Shown: positions 1 to 8,189 of the stretch, piece by piece
Layout of the letters: each line of letters begins with the position of its first letter
Numbering within the stretch: position 1 is the first letter of the stretch
DNA from: an uncultured Candidatus Saccharibacteria bacterium
Lineage (GTDB): Bacteria > Patescibacteriota > Minisyncoccia > UBA6257 > JAKLIH01
Length of the DNA: 48,722 bases
Assembly (NCBI GenBank): GCA_964475745.1
Contig: CAYYXO010000003.1
Coordinates: 1-48,722 of the forward strand
Direction: 5' to 3'
Made by a program: the position numbers and the translations under genes
Notes under the pieces: model-generated
What the model saw: the letters and a program-made list of their open reading frames with translations, nothing else
What the model was told of the DNA's origin: nothing
Database searches by the model: none

Positions 1-75
1 GGTAACTTGCAAAAAACAGTCGAAAAAGGTAAAACATACAAACTTATCAAAACAACAATAATTAAAAATATTATT

Positions 76-573
76 ATGGAAATTAAGGCGTCTTTAAAAT
101 ATTTAAGGATTGCACCGCGAAAGGTAAGGTTGGTTACTGAATTAGTTAAACGATTAACCTTAGCTAAAGCTGAACAGCAATTAAAATACAATCCAAAAAG
201 AGCATCAAAAGATATTCTTAAGCTTTTAAAATCAGCTAGAGCTAATGCGGTTAATAATTACCAATTAGACCCTAATGATTTATTTATTTCACACATAAAT
301 GTTACTGATGGGCCAACTCTTAAAAGAATTATGCCAAGAGCTCGCGGGTCTGCTTATTTAATTCGCCATAGAACTTGCCATGTTGATCTTTCACTCAAAT
401 CCACCAAAGGAAAAACTATTAAAGTTGATAAAGAAAAAGTAACTAAAAAAACCAAAAAGAGAGTTGTTGCTAAAAAAGGAACTACAACTAGTAAAGTCGA
501 TCGAGAGAAAGGATCTGTTAAAGCATCTAAAGGTGTGGCAAAAAATATTGTCCAACGAAAAGTTATTAACTAA
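76..573 (+). CDS. rplV: 50S ribosomal protein L22 with Lys-rich C-terminal extension
   Basis: MEIKASLKYLRIAPRKVRLV...GPTLKRIMPRARGSA...RTCHV; start placed at ATG 76; precedes rpsC. Confidence 0.95.
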   Translation: MEIKASLKYLRIAPRKVRLVTELVKRLTLAKAEQQLKYNPKRASKDILKLLKSARANAVNNYQLDPNDLFISHINVTDGPTLKRIMPRARGSAYLIRHRTCHVDLSLKSTKGKTIKVDKEKVTKKTKKRVVAKKGTTTSKVDREKGSVKASKGVAKNIVQRKVIN

Positions 574-610
574 TATAATATTAATTCAAAAATAACTAAA
601 TATTTAATTT

Positions 611-1285
611 ATGGCACAACATATTAATCCAATAATAAAAAGATTAGGCATAAACAAGAATTGAAATTCTCGTTGGTTTGATTTGGTAAATTTTCCTTGA
701 AAATTAGCAGAAGACCAAGTAATAAGAAAAGCTCTAGAGCCTTTATTGTCTAAAGCCCACTATCAAAATGTTGATCTTGAAAGAAAAGGAGACAGAATTA
801 ATATTACTATTTTTTCTGCTAAGCCAGGTATGATTATCAAGCACAAAGGAGAAGGTTTGGACGAGGCTAAAAAAATCATTGAAAAAGCCGTAGTAAAATT
901 TAGAAAGAAAGAAAGAATAAACAATGCTTTTAGCCTAAGTATAAACATCGAAGAGGTTAGAAAGCCTTATTTATCCGCTCAAATTGTTGCCTTTGATCTT
1001 AGAGATGACCTCCAAAAAAGAATTTCTTATAGAAAAACCATCAAAAAATATTTAGAAAGAATTATGTCCAATCGAGAAGTAAAGGGTGCTAAAATTTATG
1101 TTACCGGAAGATTAGATGGTGCTGATATTGCTAGATCCGATTTTGTTAAAGATGGTAAATTACCTTTAAACACCTTAAGAGCCAATATTGATTATGCTTC
1201 AATTCCAGCTTATTGTACTTATGGCAAGATTGGGATAAAGGTATGAATCTACAAAGGAGAAACTTTTAATAACACCAAAAAATAA
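611..1285 (+). CDS. rpsC: 30S ribosomal protein S3 (3 in-frame TGA=Trp)
   Basis: MAQHINP..RLGINKN[TGA 662]NSRWF; GRLDGADIAR; YGKIGIKV[TGA 1244]IYKGE; TAA 1283-1285. Confidence 0.96.
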
Positions 1286-1319
1286 TCAAGTTAATTAATA
1301 ACACTAACAAACAAGTATT

Positions 1320-1730
1320 ATGCTTACTCCAAAAAGAACCAAACATCGAAAAATGCACAAAGGAAGAGGTTTAAAGCGCAACTTTGAAAGTCGCGGTGTT
1401 GATCTTGAATATGGTGCTTATGGTATTTGCAGTATTGACAACAAACGCATTACTAGTCGTCAGATTGAATCTGCTCGTAGAGTTCTCTTGAGATTTATTA
1501 GAAAAGGTGGAAAATTATGAATAAGAGTTTTTCCTGATAAACCTATTACCAAGAAGCCAGCTGAAGTTCCTATGGGTGGCGGCAAAGGAGATGTTGATCA
1601 TTATGTTTTTCAAGTTAGGCCAGGTCGCATTATTTTTGAGCTTGACGGTATTGCCGAAAGTGATGCCATGAAAGCTTTAAAACAAATCAGCTATAAGCTT
1701 CCTTTTAGAACAAAAATAATTAAACGATAG
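1320..1730 (+). CDS. rplP: 50S ribosomal protein L16
   Basis: [11 protein letters not shown]; GGKL[TGA 1518][23 protein letters not shown]; TAG 1728-1730. Confidence 0.97.
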
Positions 1731-1734
1731 TTTT

Positions 1735-1917
1735 ATGAAAATGAAAGAACTTAGCAAAAAAGATGAAAAATCTTTAAAACAAATTCTTTTAGAGCAGAAA
1801 AAAAAGTTAAATGATTTAATTTTATCTGCTAGATTTGGTAAAATAAAGAATTTTAATGAAATAGCAGAAGCCAAAAAAACTATCGCCCGTGTTTTAACAA
1901 TTCTTAATAAAAAATAA
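1735..1917 (+). CDS. rpmC: 50S ribosomal protein L29
   Basis: 60 aa, KKTIARVLTIL C-terminal motif, between rplP and rpsQ. Confidence 0.9.
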   Translation: MKMKELSKKDEKSLKQILLEQKKKLNDLILSARFGKIKNFNEIAEAKKTIARVLTILNKK

Positions 1918-1929
1918 TTTTTCTGTCTT

Positions 1930-2184
1930 ATGAACAAATTGAAAACACAAAAAAGACAATTAACTGGTGTGGTGGTGTCAAACAAAATGATGCTTACAGC
2001 TGTAGTAGAAGTTACTCGGCTTAAAGAACATCCTTTATATCACAAACATTACAAAACATCAAAAAGATATAAAGCACACAACCCTGACAATAAGTTTCAA
2101 ACAGGCGACAAAGTTATTATTGAAGAAACACGTCCATTGTCTAAAGATAAAAGCTGAAAAATTCTTGAAAAACTCAGTTATTAA
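1930..2184 (+). CDS. rpsQ: 30S ribosomal protein S17
   Basis: [34 protein letters not shown][TGA 2155]KIL; TAA 2182-2184. Confidence 0.96.
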
Positions 2185-2190
2185 ACGTTC

Positions 2191-2219
2191 TTGAAATTAC
2201 TAGCTTTTTAGTGTATAAT
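2191..2219 (+). promoter_or_regulatory. sigma70-type promoter for the spc operon
   Basis: TTGAAA-17 nt-TATAAT between rpsQ and rplN. Confidence 0.65.
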
Positions 2220-2247
2220 TAAATAAAACTTATCTTAATTTATTAAT

Positions 2248-2616
2248 ATGATACAACTTAGATCAATATTAAAAGTTGCTGACAACAGTGGTGCCCAAAC
2301 TATTCGCTGTATCCAAGTAAAAGGAGGGCATTATCGTCGTTATGGTCAAATTGGTGATATTGTAGTTGCTTCAGTGCAAACTGCTAAGCCAAGAAAGTCA
2401 GTGAAAAAGAAAGAAGTTGTTAGAGCTATTATTGTTAGGCAACGACGCAACTTCAGAAGAAAAAATGGTTCTTATGTAAAATTTGACGATAACGCAGTTG
2501 TTATTATTAATGATAAAAAAGAACCAGTTGGCACTCGTATTTTTGGACCTATTCCAAGAGAGATAAAAGACATGGGTTTTAACAAAATTATTGAGCTTGG
2601 CCCTGAGCTAGTTTAA
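2248..2616 (+). CDS. rplN: 50S ribosomal protein L14
   Basis: MIQLRSILKVADNSGA...FDDNAVVII...GTRIFGPIPRE. Confidence 0.98.
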   Translation: MIQLRSILKVADNSGAQTIRCIQVKGGHYRRYGQIGDIVVASVQTAKPRKSVKKKEVVRAIIVRQRRNFRRKNGSYVKFDDNAVVIINDKKEPVGTRIFGPIPREIKDMGFNKIIELGPELV

Positions 2617-2650
2617 TTTTAATGGTTTACATTAAATTATTATTTTCAAT

Positions 2651-2983
2651 ATGAAAACTAAAACAAACATAAAACTAAAAATAAAGAAAAACGACAAGGT
2701 AATGATAACCAAAGGAAAAGATCGCTCTAAGGTTGGCAAAGTTATTAAATGCCTTCCTAAAGAAAATAAAGTTGTTATCGCTAAGCTTAATCTTTACAAA
2801 AAACACAAAAAGCCTAAGAAGCAAGGAGAGGTCGGTCAAATTGTTGAGATTGAAAGACCAGTTCAAATTTCAAACGTTAATCTTGTCTGTAGTCATTGCA
2901 ACAAACCAACAAGAATTGGCTATACTTTTGAGAAAGATAAGAAAGTTCGTCTTTGTAAAAAATGTCATAAAAAAATAGACTAA
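2651..2983 (+). CDS. rplX: 50S ribosomal protein L24
   Basis: IKKNDKVMITKGKD KOW region; ERPVQISNV; C-terminal CSHC/CKKC. Confidence 0.95.
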   Translation: MKTKTNIKLKIKKNDKVMITKGKDRSKVGKVIKCLPKENKVVIAKLNLYKKHKKPKKQGEVGQIVEIERPVQISNVNLVCSHCNKPTRIGYTFEKDKKVRLCKKCHKKID

Positions 2984-2985
2984 TC

Positions 2986-3561
2986 ATGAAAATATCATAT
3001 ATCGAAAATTACAAAAAAAATACCAAAGATTTTTTCAAAAAAGAATATGGCATTAAAAACGAAATGTCTATTCCTATGTTAACCAAGATTTCCATTAATA
3101 CTGGTATTGGCAGAATAGCAGCAGGCAGCGAAAACACTAGCAGCTTGATTAAAGATCTTTCAGATAAATTAGCACGCATTACTGGTCAAAAGCCAAAACT
3201 TTGCCAAGCTAAAAAATCAATCGCTGGATTTAAGTTGAGGGAAGGCATGCCTGTCGGTTTGTCAGTCACCTTAAGAGGTGCCAAGAAGGTTGATTTCTTT
3301 GATAGATTGATTAATATCGTTATTCCTCGTACTAGAGACTTCTGAGGTATTGACCGCAAAAAATTTGATAAAAACGGTAATTTAACCTTAGGCATAAAAG
3401 AAATGAACGCCTTTCCTGAATTAGCTCTTGACAACTTAAAACCAAATTTTGGCATAGAAGTTACCTTTGTTACTAATGCAAAGAATAAAGAGCAAGCTAT
3501 TCATCTGTTTGAAACAATTGGCTTTCCTTTAAAAAAACCAACTGAACCAACTAAAAAATAA
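2986..3561 (+). CDS. rplE: 50S ribosomal protein L5
   Basis: ITGQKP..AKKSIAGFKLREGMPVGLSVTLRG; PRTRDF[TGA 3343]GID..FDKNGNLTLGIKE..FPE; TAA 3559-3561. Confidence 0.96.
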
Positions 3562-3592
3562 TATTTTAATTTAAATTCGTTAAATCTTATTT

Positions 3593-3778
3593 ATGGCAAA
3601 AAAATCTGCAATTGCAAGATCAAAAAAAGAACCAAAATACAGCTCTCGAAAAGTCAATCGATGTTTTTCTTGTGGTCGAAAAAGAAGCTATATGCGTGAT
3701 TTTGGCTTATGTCGCATTTGTTTTCGTGAACTTGCTTCAAAAGGAGAAATTCCAGGAGTCAAAAAATCAAGCTGATAA
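3593..3778 (+). CDS. rpsN: 30S ribosomal protein S14, zinc-binding type Z
   Basis: [27 protein letters not shown][TGA 3773]TAA; S14 normally ends in terminal Trp. Confidence 0.97.
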
Positions 3779-3824
3779 TAATTTAATATTAGAATATATT
3801 AATTAATAATTAATAAAATTTGTT

Positions 3825-4217
3825 ATGACCATTACTGACCCAATAAGTGATATGTTAACTCGCATAAAAAATGCTGTCATTGTTGAAAAGCCAAGAGTAG
3901 CTTTGCCATCTTCAAAAATTAAAATGGCTATTTTGAAAGTATTAAAAAACGAAGGCTATATTGAAAACTTTTTTGAAACAGAAAAAAACAAGAAAAAAAC
4001 AGTTGAAATTATTTTAAAATACAACAGCAATAAAAAGCCTTTTATTATGAACATTAAGCGTGTTTCAAAACCAAGCAGAAGAGTCTATAAAGAATCACAA
4101 GAACTTGATGCTAGAAAACAATCAACTTTAATTTTAACAACCTCAAAAGGCATTATGACTGCCAGGGAAGCTAAAAAGCAAAATCTTGGCGGAGAAGTAT
4201 TGTTTGAAATATTCTAA
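3825..4217 (+). CDS. rpsH: 30S ribosomal protein S8
   Basis: TDPISDMLTRIKNA; RVSKPSRRVY; TSKGIMT..GGEVL. Confidence 0.97.
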   Translation: MTITDPISDMLTRIKNAVIVEKPRVALPSSKIKMAILKVLKNEGYIENFFETEKNKKKTVEIILKYNSNKKPFIMNIKRVSKPSRRVYKESQELDARKQSTLILTTSKGIMTAREAKKQNLGGEVLFEIF

Positions 4218-4263
4218 AGAGTATTATTAAAAATTTCTTAAATTAGCAAATAAACTTAATATT

Positions 4264-4803
4264 ATGTCAAAAATAGGTAAAGCGCCAATAAAAATTCAAG
4301 ATAATAATCAAGTAGAACTTACAAAAGATATTATCAAAATTACTGGCCCAAAAGGAACTTTGGAGTGTCCTTTAAATGATAAAGTACAAGTAAAATTTGA
4401 TAGTGAGACTAAAGAAATAATTTTGCAACCAAAGAAAGAAGGTCGCGAATTTTTTGCTATTTGAGGAACCTTAAGGGCACTTATAAACAATTGTGTTGTA
4501 GGTGTTAATACTGGTTTTGAAAGACGTTTAATTATTGAAGGTATCGGTTATAAAGCAGAAGTCCAAGGAAAAGAATTAATTCTTAATGTTGGCTATTCTC
4601 ACCCAGTTCATCTAGAAATACCTGAAGGACTTACTGTTATAGTAGAAAAAACAAATATTATTATTTCTGGTATTTCAAAAAAAGATGTCGGTGATTTTGC
4701 TTCAGTAGTAAGAAAACAAAGAAAAACCAATCCATATTCCATGAAGGGAATTCGTTATAGCGATGAAAAAGTTATCAAAAAGAGTGGCAAAAAAGCCGGC
4801 TAA
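4264..4803 (+). CDS. rplF: 50S ribosomal protein L6
   Basis: MSKIGKAPI; GPKG; AI[TGA 4462]GTLRALINN; GIGYKA; NVGYSHPV; PYSMKGIRY; TAA 4801-4803. Confidence 0.96.
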
Positions 4804-4835
4804 ACTTAAATAAAATTAATTAATAAAATTTTAGT

Positions 4836-5192
4836 ATGCAAAATACAGCTAAAGTCAAAAAAGAAAAAAGAATTACCAAGCATAGACGCGTTAGGGCTAA
4901 AATTCATGGCACTAAAGAAAGACCAAGATTGGCTATTTTTAGATCAAATGCCCATATTTATGCGCAAGCAATTGATGATGATATTCAAAAAACAATTGTA
5001 TCAGCAAGTGACTTGGAAGTAAAGGCAAAAATGAAAAAAACAGACAAAAGCGCTGAAGTAGCTAAAATTTTAGCTGAAAAGCTAAAGAAAAGTAATATTG
5101 AAGCAGTTGTTTTTGATAGAGGAGGGTTCCAATATCATGGTCGTGTTAAAATGTTAGCTGAAGAGCTTCGTAAACTAGGAATTAAATTTTAA
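4836..5192 (+). CDS. rplR: 50S ribosomal protein L18
   Basis: RPRLAIFRSNAHIYAQ; VVFDRGGFQYHGRV. Confidence 0.97.
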   Translation: MQNTAKVKKEKRITKHRRVRAKIHGTKERPRLAIFRSNAHIYAQAIDDDIQKTIVSASDLEVKAKMKKTDKSAEVAKILAEKLKKSNIEAVVFDRGGFQYHGRVKMLAEELRKLGIKF

Positions 5193-5194
5193 TT

Positions 5195-5839
5195 ATGAAA
5201 ACAAACGATAATTCATACAACAAAACAAACAGAGGCCCACAAGCAAGATCTCTTAGAAATCCTCAAAAAAGAGAGGGTGACAGAAGAGCCCCCTTTAGAA
5301 ATATTGTAAAAAACAGCGACTTTGACCAGCTTATTGCTGGTATAAGAAGGGTTACTCGTGTTACTGCTGGTGGTAAGCATATGAGCTTTAGTGTAACTAT
5401 GTTACTTGGAAATAACAAAGGTAAAATTGGTATTGGTACTGCTAAAGGTGATGATGTCCCAAGAGCTATTGATAAAGCCAAAAAGGAAGCCATGAGACAT
5501 ATGATTACCGTTCCTATTGTAAACAATACTGTTCCTTATGAAGTAGAGGCTAAATATTGTTCTAGTCGTGTTTTAGTAAAGCCAGCCAAAGAAGGTAAGG
5601 GTGTTATTGCTGGCGGAGTAGTTAGAGACATTATGATTTTAGCTGGTATTAAAAATGTTACTTGCAAAATTTTAAGTCGTTCTCACAGTGCTATCAACAA
5701 TGGAAAAGCAACTCTTTTAGCATTAGAAAAAATTGCTGAAATTAATGCTATGGAGCAAGAAAAGAAAAATAATAAAGCTCAAGAAGCAAAAGTCGAAGAA
5801 GTGAAAGTCGAAGAAAAAACTTCTAACAAAGAAAGCTAA
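5195..5839 (+). CDS. rpsE: 30S ribosomal protein S5
   Basis: IRRVTRVTAGGK; GIGTAKG; KPAKEGKGVIAGG; N- and C-terminal extensions. Confidence 0.96.
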   Translation: MKTNDNSYNKTNRGPQARSLRNPQKREGDRRAPFRNIVKNSDFDQLIAGIRRVTRVTAGGKHMSFSVTMLLGNNKGKIGIGTAKGDDVPRAIDKAKKEAMRHMITVPIVNNTVPYEVEAKYCSSRVLVKPAKEGKGVIAGGVVRDIMILAGIKNVTCKILSRSHSAINNGKATLLALEKIAEINAMEQEKKNNKAQEAKVEEVKVEEKTSNKES

Positions 5840-5848
5840 TTTTAAAAC

Positions 5849-6337
5849 ATGCAAATCCATAATTTAAAAAGACCAAAAGGAATTATTGCTTCTAAACAAA
5901 GAGTTGGACGCGGTGGCAAAAGAGGTACTTACAGTGGTAAAGGCGGTAAAGGCCAAACAGCCAGAGCTGGAAGAAAAATTCAATCTCAATTAAAAGAGCA
6001 ATTACTTAGAACTCCTAAAAAAAGAGGAGAAGGTAATGTTATTATCAAAAAAGATATTTTCGAAGTTCAATTAAGAGATATTGTTGAAAAATGCGAGAAC
6101 AATTCTGAAATCACAGAAAAATTATTAAGAAAAAAAGAATTGGTTTCCAAAAGATCAAGAAAATTTAAAATCATTGGTTCAGTTAAAAAACTAGATAAAA
6201 AGTTTATCTTAAAAGATATTCCTGCTTCAAAAAGTGTTGTTGATTTGATCGAAAAAGCCGGAGGCAGCATTGTTGTTTCTGAATCAAAGCCAAAAAAAGA
6301 AAAAGTTAAAAAGACATTGCCTCAAACTAAAAAATAG
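5849..6337 (+). CDS. rplO: 50S ribosomal protein L15
   Basis: RVGRGGKRGTYSGKGGKGQTARAG; IEKAGG; starts 9 nt after rpsE (no rpmD). Confidence 0.95.
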   Translation: MQIHNLKRPKGIIASKQRVGRGGKRGTYSGKGGKGQTARAGRKIQSQLKEQLLRTPKKRGEGNVIIKKDIFEVQLRDIVEKCENNSEITEKLLRKKELVSKRSRKFKIIGSVKKLDKKFILKDIPASKSVVDLIEKAGGSIVVSESKPKKEKVKKTLPQTKK

Positions 6338-6368
6338 TTTAATTTAGCAATCAAAATAAACAAAATTT

Positions 6369-7640
6369 ATGATTAAAAATTTTATCAAATTATTCAAACA
6401 TAAAGATTTAAGAAGAAACATACTTGTTGTTTTCGGATTATTAGTTGTTTTTAGATTGATGGCAGTAATTCCACTTCCGGGAATTGATATTGCGCAAATG
6501 AAAGAATTTATGGAACAAAGTAAAGTTTTTGGTTTGTTTAATATCTTTACTGGTGGTGCTTTTGAAAACCTATCTATTGCCATGTTAGGAGTTGGTCCAT
6601 ATATCTCAGCTTCCATTATCATGCAATTAGTTGTAGTTATTGTGCCATCCTTAAAAGAAACCTTTCAAGAAAACGGAGAAGAGGGCAGAAGAAAGTATGA
6701 AAGCTGAACAAAATATTTAGCTTTACCCCTTACTATTTTGCAAGCTTTAGGCATTTTAAACATTCTTAAGATGCAAGGTATTATTGAATTTTCTTCTCCT
6801 TTGATGCTTTGACAAAATATTTTAATTTTAACAGCAGCTTCATTTGTCATTATTTTTATTGGACAGTTGATTACAGAGAAAAAACTAGGCAATGGTATTT
6901 CGCTTATCATTTTTTCTGGTATAGTTACTAGTTTGCCAAAGAGCATTATTGCTACAGTTTTGACTTATACCACTATCTCACAAATAATTAATGTTGTTTT
7001 GTTTATGATAGTTACTTTGCTTATGATAGTTGGAGTTGTTTATCTTACTGAAGGCCAAAGAAGGCTTACAGTTTCCTATGCCAAACATGTAAGAGGTAAC
7101 AAAATGTTCGGAGGAGTAACTACTTTTCTTCCTTTAAAAGTTAACCAAGCAGGAGTTATTCCAATTATTTTTGCTTTATCTGTTTTAACATTTCCTGCTT
7201 TAGTAGGTCAGATGTTAGCCACCACCAATATTGGTTTTTTAGTATCAGGAGCAGCTCTTTTAAATAATTTAGTAGAAAATCAAGTTTTTTATATGTCTGC
7301 TTACTTTATTTTAGTGCTTTTGTTTACTTTTTTCTATACTTCTATTACTTTCAATCCAAAAGATATTTCAGACAATCTTCAAAAGCATGGTGGTTTCATT
7401 CCAGGCTACAGGCCTGGAGAAAATACCATCAACTACTTATCAAAAGTTTCCAGTAAGATAACTCTTTTTGGTGCTATCTTCTTAGCTTTAGTTGCTATTT
7501 TGCCAATGCTCTTGCAAGGATTTACTGGTGTAACTACTTTTGAAATAGGCGGTACTTCTATTTTGCTTATTGTAGCCATTGCTCTAGAAATCAAAAACTC
7601 AATTGAAGCTCAACTTTCCATGAGAGAATATGACTACTAA
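6369..7640 (+). CDS. secY: Preprotein translocase subunit SecY
   Basis: LGVGPYISASIIMQL; TGA at 6705 and 6810; LGNGISLIIF; LPLKVNQAGVIPIIFA; IPGYRPG; GGTSILL. Confidence 0.97.
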
Positions 7641-7656
7641 AAACTATTAAATACTT

Positions 7657-7685
7657 AAAAACCTGCCTGTTTGGCAGGTTTTTTT
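7657..7685 (+). terminator. Intrinsic terminator after secY
   Basis: AAAAACCTGCC-tgttt-GGCAGGTTTTT followed by more T. Confidence 0.85.
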
Positions 7686-7699
7686 GTTGTTAGCCATTG

Positions 7700-7728
7700 T
7701 TGACAAAAGAGATATATTATGATATAAT
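7700..7728 (+). promoter_or_regulatory. Perfect consensus sigma70 promoter with extended -10
   Basis: TTGACA-17 nt-TATAAT with TG at 7720-7721. Confidence 0.8.
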
Positions 7729-7788
7729 ATATATAGTTATTTTTAAAATTAATTTTTTGCTGTTTTTTAAAAACAGCAGGAGGAAAAA

Positions 7789-8118
7789 ATGAAGAATGTT
7801 TTTTTATTTATAGTTTTTGTTATTTTCATGTCGTTTTTGACAGTTTTTATTGTCAACGACATGGAAAATTATTGCGAAAGGGTTGACCGCTATCAAAGTT
7901 CGGTGGTCATTACCCTTGAAAGCGGAATTGATGTGAGGGTTGGCCATAAAGACCCGCCACTCAGTCCCTCTGAAAGCAACCTCCACCTCTATCTCCAAGA
8001 CTACAAAGCTTATCTAAATGATAAGCTTGATGAGCTTGGAGAAGACAGCTTCAAAAAAACAATACAACAAGATAAAAGTCAAGATCTTGTTGTGATAAGA
8101 ATCGAGCCTAAGACATGA
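7789..8118 (+). CDS. Orphan protein with N-terminal hydrophobic anchor; 3' end ambiguous (TGA 8116, or TAA 8242-8244 if read through)
   Basis: AGGAGG SD before ATG, own promoter, N-terminal hydrophobic stretch; no family recognised. Confidence 0.6.
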   Translation: MKNVFLFIVFVIFMSFLTVFIVNDMENYCERVDRYQSSVVITLESGIDVRVGHKDPPLSPSESNLHLYLQDYKAYLNDKLDELGEDSFKKTIQQDKSQDLVVIRIEPKT

Positions 8119-8139
8119 TGTCTTAGGCTCTTTTGTTTT
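8104..8139 (+). terminator. Intrinsic terminator with TGA as its loop
   Basis: GAGCCTAAGACA-TGA-TGTCTTAGGCTC, perfect 12-bp stem, then TTTTGTTTT. Confidence 0.8.
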
Positions 8140-8189
8140 ACTTTTTCGTTTTTTTTGCTACAATGTGTTTATAAAAGTAAACAAATGTT

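Noticed and set aside
5789-5815. Direct repeat AAAGTCGAAGAA x2
   Set aside because: Encodes a low-complexity KVEE repeat in the S5 tail.
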